From NCBI GenBank assembly GCA_038205745.1, contig JBBRBM010000006.1:1-63258 (forward strand): a stretch of DNA of 63,258 nucleotides, given 5' to 3'. Below are positions 48,028 through 58,942 of this stretch, piece after piece. The notes below the pieces were generated by a model. It saw only the letters and a list, made by a program, of their open reading frames with translations. It made no database searches and had not been told where the DNA came from. Numbering within the stretch: the first letter of the stretch is position 1; each line of letters starts with the position of its first letter. The translations under genes were made by a program, and so were the position numbers. The stretch is from Verrucomicrobiota bacterium (GTDB lineage: Bacteria > Verrucomicrobiota > Verrucomicrobiia > Limisphaerales > SIBH01).

Positions 48028-48600
<573 letters not shown>

Positions 48601-48621
48601 CGCGACGATGAACTAACGCAC

Positions 48622-49122
48622 ATGCAGGATATTCTCTTCTACATTCTCGCAGCGCTCGCTCTCGGCTTCGGTTTCCTGACCGTGGCAAATCCGTTCAGCC
48701 GCAATCCCGTCACGAGCGCGATGTTCCTTGTCCTCACGATGGGTGCGCTGGCTGGACTGTTTGTCCTGCTCCACGCGTTCTTTATCGCGGCGGTGCAGAT
48801 CCTCGTTTACGCCGGGGCGGTGATGGTGCTGTTCCTGTTTGTGATCATGTTGCTCAACTTGAAAGATGAAGAGCGACGCAAGTTCAACGCCTTCGGAATT
48901 GGTGCGGGCTTCATCGCGGTCGGTGCGATCGCGGCGTTATTGGTGAAGACAATTTGGTTTTCTGGCATTGGCGAAAACAAAACGCCTTCGCTTGAAGGTT
49001 CCACCGTCACGCTGGGTCGCGAATTGTTCACCAAATACCTGCTGCCGTTTGAACTCATCTCCGTGCTGCTGCTCGTTGCCATGGTCGGCGTGATTCTGCT
49101 GAGCAAGAAGGATCTGAAATGA
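48622..49122 (+). CDS. nuoJ: NADH-quinone oxidoreductase subunit J
   Basis: [29 protein letters not shown]. Confidence 0.96.
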   Translation: MQDILFYILAALALGFGFLTVANPFSRNPVTSAMFLVLTMGALAGLFVLLHAFFIAAVQILVYAGAVMVLFLFVIMLLNLKDEERRKFNAFGIGAGFIAVGAIAALLVKTIWFSGIGENKTPSLEGSTVTLGRELFTKYLLPFELISVLLLVAMVGVILLSKKDLK

Positions 49123-49427
49123 TGCACGTCGGCCTCGAACACTATCTTGTCGTCAGCGCTGCGCTTTTTTGCCTCGGCATCCTCGGCGTCGTCATGCGCC
49201 GCAATCTGCTGGTGATGTATATGGGCCTCGAACTGATGCTCAACGCGGCGAACCTCACGCTCGTCGCCTTCTCGCGATTCAACAATCACCTGAACGGCCA
49301 GATCATGGTCTTCTTCATCATCACCGTGGCGGCGGCGGAAGTGGCTGTCGGCCTCGCGCTGATCGTGGCCCTGTATCGCAAGCGCCAGACCGCGCACGTG
49401 GAAGATCTGACCTCGATGAAACTTTGA
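49119..49427 (+). CDS. nuoK: NADH-quinone oxidoreductase subunit K
   Basis: [23 protein letters not shown]. Confidence 0.96.
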   Translation: MMHVGLEHYLVVSAALFCLGILGVVMRRNLLVMYMGLELMLNAANLTLVAFSRFNNHLNGQIMVFFIITVAAAEVAVGLALIVALYRKRQTAHVEDLTSMKL

Positions 49428-49438
49428 TGAAGAACCAA

Positions 49439-49636
49439 CTACCAGACGATGTTTGCGTCCTTCGAAATCCGGGTGGCAAGGCCCGGTTTCAAGGTCTGGT
49501 TTCCGTGAATGGGCACTGTGATGATTTTGATCTCGCCTGCCTTGCCGAAGATATGATGGCTTCCGCGGATGCGTTTCAATATCCAGCCATGTTCGTGAAG
49601 CAACCGGCACATTTCCTTGCCGGTGATGGGCTTCAT
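49439..49636 (-). CDS. hicA: HicA family toxin (mRNA interferase)
   Basis: GW...RIRGSHHIF...ITVPIHG...LKPG. Confidence 0.9.
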   Translation of the reverse strand: MKPITGKEMCRLLHEHGWILKRIRGSHHIFGKAGEIKIITVPIHGNQTLKPGLATRISKDANIVW

Positions 49637-49839
49637 ATGGCGAGTTCCGCTACTTCGATTTCTGGCTGTGGCTGGCGGCCTTCTTCGCGCAACACTTCGA
49701 GGTGACCCAATGCCGCTTCACGCAGATTTTCCATCAACTCGGCGGCGGTTTCGCCCTGAGAATAACAACCAGGCAGCGACGGCACCTCACCCCAATAGCC
49801 GCCATCTGGCTCCGGATGGACAACGACTTTGAACGTCAT
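49633..49839 (-). CDS. hicB: HicB family antitoxin (short, no DNA-binding domain)
   Basis: GGYWGEVPSLPGCYSQGET..E...N.REA. Confidence 0.9.
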   Translation of the reverse strand: MTFKVVVHPEPDGGYWGEVPSLPGCYSQGETAAELMENLREAALGHLEVLREEGRQPQPEIEVAELAI

Positions 49840-49959
49840 GATGACAAAATGCGCGGGACGTTCGACTAAAGCAAGCTGGCGAAACTGCTCTGAGGCAGAG
49901 CACGATCACCCGCAGGTGCAGGCAGAGCACGTGGAAGATCTGACCTCGATGAAACTTTG

Positions 49960-51897
49960 ATGAACTTCAGCTACCCGGAAGATTTGGCGTGGGTCGTTTT
50001 GTTGCTGCCTCTGGTGGCGACTTTGATCATCACGCTGTTCACGCAGCGCTGGAAATTTCTCAGCGCGCAAATCTCCATCATCGCCATCGTCGGTTCGTTC
50101 GTGGCGAGCGCCGTGCTCGTCGCGCAATTCATGCTCATGCAGGCCAGGGGCATGGACGCGACGCCGTTCGAATGGCTCGCCGCTGGCGTGCCCGGCTTCG
50201 ATGAACTGAAAGTCAACATCGGCATGCACATCGATCAACTCAGCCTGCTGATGCTGTTGATCGTGACCGGCGTCGGCGGCGCAATTCACATTTACTCCTA
50301 CGGTTACATGCGCGACGACCCGGGATTCTCACGTTTTTTCGCGTGCCTGAGCCTGTTCACGTTCTCGATGCTCGGCATCGTCCTCTCGAACAACTTCGTG
50401 ATGACGTTCATCTTCTGGGAACTGGTCGGCGTCTCCAGCTATCTGCTCATCGGCTTCTGGTACGAACGCGGTTCGGCGGGCGACGCGGCGAAGAAAGCAT
50501 TCATCACCAATCGCCTGGGCGATTTCGGATTCTTGATCGGCATCATCATGATCTGGGCGATCACCGGACAAACGGACTTCGACGCGCTGCAATCCAAATT
50601 CACAAAGAACCCAGAAGTGCTCGGCGCGTGGGTGAATGTCGCCGGCCTGCTGATCTTCTGCGGCGCGATGGGCAAGTCCGCGCAATTTCCGCTCCACGTC
50701 TGGCTGCCGGACGCGATGGAAGGCCCGACGCCCGTCTCCGCGCTCATCCACGCCGCGACGATGGTGGCCGCCGGCGTTTACATGCTCTGCCGCGTGTTCT
50801 TCATCTTCAGCGCGAACGCCGTGTGGCCCGAGGCGCTTTCGTTCATGAACGGCTGGACGGCGCTTGATGTGATCGCGTGGATTGGCGGATTCACCGCATT
50901 GCTCGCCGCGCTGATCGCGGTGCAGCAAAACGACATCAAACGCATCCTCGCATACTCCACGCTCTCGCAACTCGGCTACATGGTGATGTCGGTCGGCCTC
51001 GCGGGACCGACGCCCGCGATGTTCCACCTCGCCACGCACGCATTCTTCAAGGCGCTGCTGTTCCTTGGCGCCGGCTCTGTGATCCACGCGATGCATCACG
51101 AGCAGGATATTTGGGCGATGGGCGACTTGCGCAAGAAGTTGCCCACGACCTGGTGGACATTCCTCGTCGGCACGCTCGCGCTGGCGGGCATCTGGCCGCT
51201 CGCAGGCTTTTACTCGAAGGACTCCATTCTCGCCCTGGCGGCGGAGCACAAACCCATCTTGTTTGTCCTCGCGGTGTTCGTGGCGTTCCTCACGGCGTTC
51301 TACATGTTCCGCCTTCTATTCGTTGTCTTCTTCGGGCCAGCGAAGAGCGATCACGTCCATCACGCGCACGAATCTCCCGGCGTGATGATCTGGCCGCTCC
51401 GTGTGCTCGCTTTGTTCTCGGTGATCGGCGGAGTCATCGGCATCGATGTGTTTGTTGGCCAAATGTTCACCAAGGGCGAAGCGCATCACGGGGAATGGTT
51501 CGACGCAGTTCTCCAGCCCTTTGGCCACAACGCGCTCGCCGCTTTGTTCGGCCTGCTCGCCGCGATCGTGGGCATCAGCCTCGCCGCCGCTTGCTATTGG
51601 AACGCGACGAACGATCCATTGCCGGCGCGTCTCGGCTGGCTCTCCCGCGCGATGCGCAACCGTTTCTACTTCGATGAACTTTACGCGGCGATGATCGCCG
51701 TCACCCACGAAGCGCTCTCGAAACTCGCTGACTGGTTCGATCGCTGGATCATCGCGGGATTGGGCGTTCGCGGCACGCATGGCACCACGGAAATTTTTGG
51801 CCGCGCGCTGCGCCTGGTGCAGACCGGGAATCTTCAAACCTACGCCTTCTTCTTCGCCCTCGGCGTGGCGGTGGTGTTATTTTTTGTTTTGAGATGA
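49960..51897 (+). CDS. nuoL: NADH-quinone oxidoreductase subunit L
   Basis: WELVG..SYLLIGFW, GKSAQFPLHVWLPDAMEGPTPVSALIHAATMV, HAFFKALLFL. Confidence 0.97.
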   Translation: MNFSYPEDLAWVVLLLPLVATLIITLFTQRWKFLSAQISIIAIVGSFVASAVLVAQFMLMQARGMDATPFEWLAAGVPGFDELKVNIGMHIDQLSLLMLLIVTGVGGAIHIYSYGYMRDDPGFSRFFACLSLFTFSMLGIVLSNNFVMTFIFWELVGVSSYLLIGFWYERGSAGDAAKKAFITNRLGDFGFLIGIIMIWAITGQTDFDALQSKFTKNPEVLGAWVNVAGLLIFCGAMGKSAQFPLHVWLPDAMEGPTPVSALIHAATMVAAGVYMLCRVFFIFSANAVWPEALSFMNGWTALDVIAWIGGFTALLAALIAVQQNDIKRILAYSTLSQLGYMVMSVGLAGPTPAMFHLATHAFFKALLFLGAGSVIHAMHHEQDIWAMGDLRKKLPTTWWTFLVGTLALAGIWPLAGFYSKDSILALAAEHKPILFVLAVFVAFLTAFYMFRLLFVVFFGPAKSDHVHHAHESPGVMIWPLRVLALFSVIGGVIGIDVFVGQMFTKGEAHHGEWFDAVLQPFGHNALAALFGLLAAIVGISLAAACYWNATNDPLPARLGWLSRAMRNRFYFDELYAAMIAVTHEALSKLADWFDRWIIAGLGVRGTHGTTEIFGRALRLVQTGNLQTYAFFFALGVAVVLFFVLR

Positions 51898-52223
51898 ACG
51901 CGACCATTGACGATCTGAAGACGATTCTGCCCGATGTGCGCGCAGCATTGGTGCGTTGCCTGGGGACCGATTTCGTCCGCGCGTATCTCTACGGCTCGTG
52001 CGCACGCGGCGAGCAGACGCCGGATTCGGACATCGACGTGCTCGTGATCGTGCGTGACGAATCCGAACGCGTGCGGTTGACCGAACGTACGTCCGAGGCG
52101 ATCGCCGGGCTTTGCCTTAAACACGGCACGCTCATCTCTCGCGCGTTCATGTCGGAGGAACGCTTCAAGAAAGGGATCAGCCCTTTCCTGATCAATGTCC
52201 GGCGGGAGGCGGTGCCGCTGTGA
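51894..52223 (+). CDS. Minimal nucleotidyltransferase (MNT/MntA-type antitoxin)
   Basis: LYGSCARG...DSDIDVLV; ATGA overlap with the nuoL stop. Confidence 0.9.
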   Translation: MNATIDDLKTILPDVRAALVRCLGTDFVRAYLYGSCARGEQTPDSDIDVLVIVRDESERVRLTERTSEAIAGLCLKHGTLISRAFMSEERFKKGISPFLINVRREAVPL

Positions 52224-52600
52224 AACCGGAACTGCAAGCCCTCATGGACAAGGCTGACCAAAGCTTGTCCGCCGCCGAGTTGCTGTTGAAGGAAGGCTAC
52301 GGCGACTTCGCCGCGTCACGCGCCTATTACGCAATGTTCTACGCGGCAGAAGCGTTACTGCTGGAGCGCGGGCAGGCGTATTCCTCGCACAAAGCGGTCA
52401 TCAGCGCGTTCGGCGTGGAGTTTGCCCGTACGGCGCAAATGGACCCGGCGCTGCATCGGGCGCTCATCGAGGCGCAAACGCTGCGGCAGACCGGCGATTA
52501 CGAAACCGGAACACCAATCACAGAAGCAGAGGCCAGGCAAACCATCGCTGCGGCGCGCAGTTTTCTACTGGCCGCCACGCAAAGGCTTACCGCCACTTAA
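52220..52600 (+). CDS. HEPN domain protein (UPF0332-like)
   Basis: SRAYYAMFY, SSHKAVISAFG, R..GDY. Confidence 0.88.
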   Translation: MKPELQALMDKADQSLSAAELLLKEGYGDFAASRAYYAMFYAAEALLLERGQAYSSHKAVISAFGVEFARTAQMDPALHRALIEAQTLRQTGDYETGTPITEAEARQTIAAARSFLLAATQRLTAT

Positions 52601-52603
52601 ACG

Positions 52604-54133
52604 ATGTCATTGCTCACCTACATCATCATGGTGCCGTTCATCGGAGCGCTGATCGTGGCGCTGATTCCGCGCGATTACCGCTTCGTCATCCGCATCGTGG
52701 CGCTGGCGAGCAGCTTGATTTCAATGGTGCTGGCGATTGCGCTCTTCACGAAGTTCGACGCGAGCGCGACGGGCTTTCAATTCGTGCAGAAGGTGCCGTG
52801 GGTAAAATCACTCGATCTCAATTTCCACGTCGGCGTGGACGGCATCAACGTCGGCTTGATCCTCATGGGCGCCATCGTCGCGTTCGCGGCCACGTTCGTG
52901 TCGAACAAGATCGAGACGCTGGTCAAAGAATTCTATCTGCTGCTGCTCGTGATGATCGGCGGCATTCTTGGTGCATTCGCGTCGCTGGATTTGTTCTTCC
53001 TCTACTTCTTCCACGAACTCGCGCTGGTGCCCACGTTCATCATGATCGGCGTGTGGGGACGCGGAGAGCAGAAGAACTACGCGACGTTCCAGATCACGCT
53101 CTATCTCAGCATCGGCGCATTGTTCGCGCTCGTCGGATTGATCGCGCTTTACCTGAACAGCGCGGTGGGTGGCTTGCCCGCCACTTTCGACATCGTTGAG
53201 ATGACGCGGCGATTCAAAGCCGTGCCGCTGGTGCTGGGCGCGCAGAAGCTGATCTTCCCGCTGCTGCTGTTCGGCTTCGGCATTCTCGTTTCGCTTTGGC
53301 CGTTCCACACATGGGCGCCGCTTGGTTATGGCTCCGCGCCCGCGCCGACGGCGATGCTTCACGCGGGTGTGTTGAAAAAATTCGGCCTCTACGGCTTGAT
53401 CCGCATCGCGATTCCGTTCGCGCCGGACGTTGCAAGAGCGCATCTGCACCTCATCGCGTGGCTGGCGCTCGGGAACATTCTCTACTGCGGTTGGGTGGCG
53501 ATGCGGCAAAAGGATTTCAATTTCCTGCTCGGCAATTCCAGCGTGGCGCACATGGGCTTTTGCTTCCTCGGCATCGCGAGCCTGAGCCTGGTCGGCATCA
53601 CGGGAACGGTGCTCGTGATGATCGCACACGGATTTCTCGCGGCGTTGAGTTTTGGCTTGAGCGGTTACTTGAACGAACAAACCGGAACGCTCGAAATCAG
53701 CAAGCTCGGCGGCCTGATGAAGAAGATGCCGTTCATCGGCGTGGCGCTTGTGATCGCAGCGATGGCGGGTTGCGGCCTGCCGGGCTTCGCCAACTTCGCT
53801 GGCGAATTGCTGACGCTCTTCGGCGCGTGGAAAACGTTGTCCCCGTGGGTCGTCGTCGCCGCATGGGGCGCGCTGGTGGTCGGTGCGATCTACATGTTGC
53901 GTGCGGTGCGAAACATTCTTCACGGCCCGCTCGCGGAGAATCTGCCGACGGTTCGCGACGCCAGCACATGGCGCAGGATTCCATTCCTGCTGCTGATCGC
54001 GTGCTTGCTGCTCTTCGGTGTCATGCCGCGACTGCTCACGAGCAAGATCGATCCCGCCGCACGGGAGATCGTCGCCATGGTGAAAGGCGAGTTGCCAAAA
54101 CCCGCGCCGCTGAAGCGCGCCGCCAGGAAGTGA
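52604..54133 (+). CDS. nuoM: NADH-quinone oxidoreductase subunit M
   Basis: GVDGI, PFHTWAP, LKKFG.YG, SSVAHMG, PGFANFAGE. Confidence 0.95.
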   Translation: MSLLTYIIMVPFIGALIVALIPRDYRFVIRIVALASSLISMVLAIALFTKFDASATGFQFVQKVPWVKSLDLNFHVGVDGINVGLILMGAIVAFAATFVSNKIETLVKEFYLLLLVMIGGILGAFASLDLFFLYFFHELALVPTFIMIGVWGRGEQKNYATFQITLYLSIGALFALVGLIALYLNSAVGGLPATFDIVEMTRRFKAVPLVLGAQKLIFPLLLFGFGILVSLWPFHTWAPLGYGSAPAPTAMLHAGVLKKFGLYGLIRIAIPFAPDVARAHLHLIAWLALGNILYCGWVAMRQKDFNFLLGNSSVAHMGFCFLGIASLSLVGITGTVLVMIAHGFLAALSFGLSGYLNEQTGTLEISKLGGLMKKMPFIGVALVIAAMAGCGLPGFANFAGELLTLFGAWKTLSPWVVVAAWGALVVGAIYMLRAVRNILHGPLAENLPTVRDASTWRRIPFLLLIACLLLFGVMPRLLTSKIDPAAREIVAMVKGELPKPAPLKRAARK

Positions 54134-54140
54134 TTTCTCG

Positions 54141-55688
54141 ATGAACCTTTCTTTGATGAGTCTCGAAGTCGCCGTGGTCCTGCTCGGGCTTGGCGTGTTG
54201 CTGCTCGATCTGTGGATGCCGGCAGAGCACAAGCGCAAGCTGGGCTACGCCGCCGCGCTCGGGGTGCTCGCGATTTTCGCCTGCTCGTTCTGTCAACAGT
54301 TCGCGCTCGTCGGCGAACCGCAAATCACTGCGGCCGGCAGCTACGTTCTCGACCCACTCGCACTGTTCTTCAAGCGCTTCTTCCTCGTGGCGGCGTTCTT
54401 CGTTCTGGTCATGGCAACGGAGTTCGCGGATCGCATCGAGGCGGGCATCTCCGAGTATTATTCGCTGATCCTCTTCGCGCTCGCGGGGATGATGTTCGCC
54501 TCGTCGGCCAACGATTTCACGCTGCTCTTCGTTTCGCTCGAAACCATCACGGTGACGTTTTACGTGCTCACGAGTTTTCAGCGCGGTCGCGTGCAATCGC
54601 TGGAAGCCGGCGTGAAGTATCTCGTCATCGGCGGGCTATCGACTGGCTTCACGGTCATGGGCATTGCGCTCGTTTCTGGCACGGCGACGACAACGATCGC
54701 CGGGCACGCGTTGAACGGAATGAACTTCGGGGATCTCGCGCAGTTCGTGAAATATTACAGCCCGGACCATCAAGGTGGATTTCCGCCGCTCTTCCTCGCG
54801 GGACTCGCGCTCGTGCTGGCCGGACTGGGATTTAAGATCGCGGCGGTTCCATTTCAAATCTGGGCGCCGGATGTTTATCAGGGTTCACCCACGCCCACGA
54901 CGGCGTTTCTCGCGATCGGTTCCAAGGCTGCCGGATTCGTGCTGTTGCTTCGACTACTCTTCACCGCAGTGCCCGACGTGACATTTCACTGGGAGAAAAT
55001 CCTGATGGCGATGTCGGCCGTGACGATTCTCTACGGTAATCTCTGTGCGATTCCGCAACGCAGCGTGAAGCGCCTGCTCGGCTATTCCTCCATCGCGCAC
55101 GCCGGCTATTTGCTGCTCGGCGTCGCTGCGGCGAGCGGCAGCGGTTCCTCGGCGATTCTGTACTACTTGAGCGGCTACCTCTTCACCGTGATCACCGCAT
55201 TCATCGTGATCACCATCGCGCTACGACACACCGAAACGGACGACATCAGTGGCCTCTCCGGTCTGCATCGCCGGTCGCCGATACTGGCGTGGGCCATGAC
55301 GTTCGCGATGGTTTCGCTCGCAGGCATTCCGCCGCTCGCCGGGTTCTTCGGGAAATTCCTGTTGCTCAAAGCGGTGATCGAAGAAGGCGCACGCTACACT
55401 GCGTTTTACTGTCTCGCCGGCATTGCGATCATCGGCGTGGTGATTTCGCTCTACTACTACTTCGGCGTGGTGCGGGCGATTTTCTGGTCACGCGACAACA
55501 GCGATGTGTCGTCGATCCGTGTTCCTTTTCTCTCTCGCGCCGCTTTGGTCGTGTGCATGGCGGCAATTCTGTTCCTCGGAATTTATCCGCAGCCGTTGCT
55601 GAACGTTGTGGATCGGGCGGTGCAACCTCTTGTTGCGGGGATGATTGGTACCAGTCACGCCGGGCCGAGCACGGCGGCGCTGCGCTGA
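54141..55688 (+). CDS. nuoN: NADH-quinone oxidoreductase subunit N
   Basis: EAGVKY, FKIAAVPFQIWAPDVYQG, KRLLGYSSIAH, SLAGIPPLAGFFGK. Confidence 0.96.
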   Translation: MNLSLMSLEVAVVLLGLGVLLLDLWMPAEHKRKLGYAAALGVLAIFACSFCQQFALVGEPQITAAGSYVLDPLALFFKRFFLVAAFFVLVMATEFADRIEAGISEYYSLILFALAGMMFASSANDFTLLFVSLETITVTFYVLTSFQRGRVQSLEAGVKYLVIGGLSTGFTVMGIALVSGTATTTIAGHALNGMNFGDLAQFVKYYSPDHQGGFPPLFLAGLALVLAGLGFKIAAVPFQIWAPDVYQGSPTPTTAFLAIGSKAAGFVLLLRLLFTAVPDVTFHWEKILMAMSAVTILYGNLCAIPQRSVKRLLGYSSIAHAGYLLLGVAAASGSGSSAILYYLSGYLFTVITAFIVITIALRHTETDDISGLSGLHRRSPILAWAMTFAMVSLAGIPPLAGFFGKFLLLKAVIEEGARYTAFYCLAGIAIIGVVISLYYYFGVVRAIFWSRDNSDVSSIRVPFLSRAALVVCMAAILFLGIYPQPLLNVVDRAVQPLVAGMIGTSHAGPSTAALR

Positions 55689-55726
55689 GGGCGGGGCGGG
55701 GAGCCAGCAAGATGCTGGCGGCACGT

Positions 55727-56113
55727 TCAGGGCGCGACCATTTTGAACTTCGGAATGCGCGTGATCACTCTTCGACCGCGCTCGTCCATTCCGATGTAGC
55801 TGCCCTCGGCAACCGCAGTCTGCGTGTCGTTGAGGTGAAAGCTGTTGTAGGTGAAGTGACTGCCCGGCGTGATTTCAGGAAACTCGCCCACGACGCCGTC
55901 GCCTTCCACCGCGGTGACTTCTCCGCGCTCGTTCGTCACGACCCACTTTCGGCCCTTGATCGTGACGGTCACATCCGAGTCGTTATGGATGGTGATGAAG
56001 TAAACGAAGCAATGCGGCCGATCCGGAGGTGTTTGCGCGTCGGGTCGATGAAGCACGCGATCAACCGTGACGCGCAAGCCTGATAATTCGATGAAGCCGC
56101 TGGGTGTTGCCAC
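55727..56113 (-). CDS. apaG: ApaG domain protein
   Basis: FVYFITIHN, RKW.VT, VEGDGVVGEFP. Confidence 0.88.
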   Translation of the reverse strand: MATPSGFIELSGLRVTVDRVLHRPDAQTPPDRPHCFVYFITIHNDSDVTVTIKGRKWVVTNERGEVTAVEGDGVVGEFPEITPGSHFTYNSFHLNDTQTAVAEGSYIGMDERGRRVITRIPKFKMVAP

Positions 56114-56156
56114 GCGTGGAGCTTAACCGCCGCGAGCCATGACGCAACCCGTCGAA

Positions 56157-57644
56157 TCAATTCGAGGCGAGGGCGAGCTTCTTCAGTTCAGGTTTCAGAA
56201 TTTTTCCCGTCGCATTGCGTGGGAGCGCGGGCATCACGACGATGCGTTTCGGGACTTTGTAATCAGCCAGTCGTTCGCGGAGAAATTGCTGGAGTGCTTT
56301 CGTGTCGATTGACGCGCCTTCGTTCGCCGCGACGAAAGCGAGCGGTTGTTCGCCACGGCGTGGATCGGGCACGCCGATGACGGCTGCTTCCTTCACTCCG
56401 GGAAACTGGTAAATGACTTCCTCGATCTGGCGCGGATAAACGTTGATGCCGTTCACGAGCAGCATGTCTTTCTTGCGATCGGTGATGAAGAAGTAGCCGT
56501 CACCGTCGCGATGGCCCACGTCGCCCGTGAGCAGCCAACCGTCGCGAATGGCGTGCGCGGTTTCTTCAGGTTGATTCCAGTAACCGAGCATCACATTCGG
56601 GCCGCGCACGGAGATTTCGCCGGTTTCACCATCGGAGAGAATATTGCCCGTATCGTCCTGCACCGTGATTTCAACGCCAGGGATCGGCACGCCGATGGAG
56701 CCGGCCTTCCACGGGCCTTTGATGGGGTTTATGCTACACACCGGACTCGCTTCGCTCAGGCCGTAGCCTTCGAGGAGCGGCACGGGCATCTTCGATGTGA
56801 ATTCGGTGAGAATCTCGGCCGGCAATGGCGCGCCACCACTGATGCAGAGGCGCAGTGGGAAGTCTTTTGGCACGGGCACTTGCGCCAGCGCACGGAAGAA
56901 CTGTGGGACGGCCGGTAAAATGGTCGCACCGTTTTGGAGAATTTCTGCGATGACATTCTTCGCTGGGTTCACTGACTTGATCAGCAATAGCGAGCCGCCC
57001 ACGAGCAGCGGCAGCAACACGCCAACCGTCATCATGAAGCTGTGAAACATCGGCAGCAACACGACGAAACGGTCGTGGTCCACGGCGGCGAGAACCTGTC
57101 GGCAGCTCTCGACGTTGCTCAAAAGATTGCCGTGGCTGAGCATCGCGCCTTTGGGTTTGCCAGTGGTGCCGCTGGTGTAGATGAGGACAGCCAGATCGTT
57201 GATTGAGGATTGAGGATTGGGGATTTTGGATTCGGTGACGGGAGCGTCGAAGATTCCTTCGGTGAGGAGAAATTTCGTTTCAGCTCGAAGTGTGGCGAGC
57301 CTTGCTGCTTGTTCGTCCAGGCTCGCGTCGCGGATCACGACGTTCACGCCGGCGTCATCGAGGATGAAATCGACTTCATCCGCCTTGAGGAAGTTGTTCA
57401 CCGACACGACGATCCCGCCAGCGAAGAGGATGCCGAAGTAGGCCGGAATGAATTCGGGACAATTCTTCATCCACAACGCCACTCGATCGCCCGGACGGAC
57501 GCCGAAGTCGCGCACCACCCGCTGCGCGACATTCAAGGTGGACGCCAGCAGCGTGGCGTACGAGATCTTATCATCGCCCCAGAACACGGCGGTCTTCTGC
57601 GCGTGTGTGCGCGCGGAGTTCAGGAATGCCGTGGCGAGGTTCAT
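56157..57644 (-). CDS. Long-chain fatty acid--CoA ligase (AMP-binding)
   Basis: YTSGTTGKPKG, EGYGLSE, TGDVG...DRKKD, LPRNATGKI; start ATG 57644 inferred. Confidence 0.9.
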   Translation of the reverse strand: MNLATAFLNSARTHAQKTAVFWGDDKISYATLLASTLNVAQRVVRDFGVRPGDRVALWMKNCPEFIPAYFGILFAGGIVVSVNNFLKADEVDFILDDAGVNVVIRDASLDEQAARLATLRAETKFLLTEGIFDAPVTESKIPNPQSSINDLAVLIYTSGTTGKPKGAMLSHGNLLSNVESCRQVLAAVDHDRFVVLLPMFHSFMMTVGVLLPLLVGGSLLLIKSVNPAKNVIAEILQNGATILPAVPQFFRALAQVPVPKDFPLRLCISGGAPLPAEILTEFTSKMPVPLLEGYGLSEASPVCSINPIKGPWKAGSIGVPIPGVEITVQDDTGNILSDGETGEISVRGPNVMLGYWNQPEETAHAIRDGWLLTGDVGHRDGDGYFFITDRKKDMLLVNGINVYPRQIEEVIYQFPGVKEAAVIGVPDPRRGEQPLAFVAANEGASIDTKALQQFLRERLADYKVPKRIVVMPALPRNATGKILKPELKKLALASN

Positions 57645-57820
57645 GGTGTTGCGCGCATTGAACGTTAACGCCTGCGACAGGGTCAAGCGGTTCAATCTGG
57701 GGTGGCCGGTCAGTTTTACAACGAAAGGAGCGCCGCGTTCCCAACCGGCCTGCTACGAATTTGGGCATCAACTGCGCTGGACAGTGGAATTTTTTTTTCC
57801 CCACCCTCATATTGCCGCGC

Positions 57821-58882
57821 GTGATCGACACAGAAGAGAAGCTGCAGGCCCTTTTGCCCCCTCTGCGGGCGACGCCTTGGATGGCCATCGACACCGAGGC
57901 AGACAGCCTTCACGCCTATCCTGAAAAGCTGTGCCTGCTGCAAATCAGCAGCGATGGAGTCGAAGCGCTGATCGATCCGCTGGCGAACCTGGATCTCAAA
58001 CCGCTCCTGGAAATTTTCCGCGATCACCAGTTGATCATGCATGGCGCTGACTACGATTTGCGGCTGCTGCGCAAGACGTTTGATTTCAAGCCCGCCTCCA
58101 TTTTCGACACGATGCTTGCGGCGCGATTGATTGGCGCGCGGGAGTTCGGCCTCGGAAATCTCGTGGCGAAATATCTCGGCGTTAAACTGGAGAAGGGCCC
58201 GCAGAAAGCCGACTGGGCGCGCCGCCCGCTGACACCGCGCATGGAAGAATACGCGCGCAACGATACCCGTTTCCTGAAGACCCTTGCCGACCTCCTGCGC
58301 GAAGAGCTAAAGGCCAAGAATCGCTTGTCGTGGCACGAGGAATCCTGCGCCATGCTCATCGAGGAATGCGCCATCGTGAAGACGCCAGACCCCGATGCCG
58401 TGTGGCGCGTGAAAGGCAGTTTTCATCTCGGCCCGCATTCACTCGCCGTGCTGCGCGACATCTGGCACTGGCGCGAAAACGAAGCGGTGGTGGCGAACAA
58501 GCCGCCGTATTTCATCCTCCAACCCGAGCAGATGATTGGGTTGGCCATTGCCGCGGTGGAGCAACGCTCCTTGGAGCCGATGCTGCCGAAGCGCTTTTCA
58601 CCTCGTCGCCACGCCGGCTTGATGAAGGCGATCACGCGCGGATTACACGCGCAGGACAGGCCGCAGCCCGTTCGCGCTGTTCACTACCGCCAAAGCGCGG
58701 ACGAAAAGCGGCGGTATCACGATCTCGAAAAGCGCCGCAACAAGCGCGCTACGGAACTTGGCATTGACGCGACGATCATCGCGAGCCGTTCGATGCTCGT
58801 TCAACTGGCGCGCAAGGACGCCGAGCCGGACGACCGCGGCTTGATGTCCTGGCAGCGGGAATTGTTGAAGCCGACATCGTGA
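57821..58882 (+). CDS. rnd: Ribonuclease D-like 3'-5' exonuclease with HRDC domain
   Basis: AIDTE, HGADYD, FDT..AA, DWARRPL...YA..D. Confidence 0.88.
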   Translation: MIDTEEKLQALLPPLRATPWMAIDTEADSLHAYPEKLCLLQISSDGVEALIDPLANLDLKPLLEIFRDHQLIMHGADYDLRLLRKTFDFKPASIFDTMLAARLIGAREFGLGNLVAKYLGVKLEKGPQKADWARRPLTPRMEEYARNDTRFLKTLADLLREELKAKNRLSWHEESCAMLIEECAIVKTPDPDAVWRVKGSFHLGPHSLAVLRDIWHWRENEAVVANKPPYFILQPEQMIGLAIAAVEQRSLEPMLPKRFSPRRHAGLMKAITRGLHAQDRPQPVRAVHYRQSADEKRRYHDLEKRRNKRATELGIDATIIASRSMLVQLARKDAEPDDRGLMSWQRELLKPTS

Positions 58883-58942
58883 GTCGTTGACGGACGGCGA
58901 ACCGAGCTATACAAACGGCCAGCCAAAATACTGGAGACTTTT

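Larger units (their letters stand above)
49394..49964. repeat. 38-bp perfect direct repeat (49394-49431 and 49927-49964) flanking hicBA
   Basis: GCACGTGGAAGATCTGACCTCGATGAAACTTTGATGAA, the nuoK 3' end plus the TGATG stop/start junction. Confidence 0.95.

Noticed and set aside
49427-49705. ORF starting at the first duplicated TGATG, antisense to hicA
   Set aside because: No recognisable protein; it is a by-product of the duplication, although coupled translation cannot be excluded.
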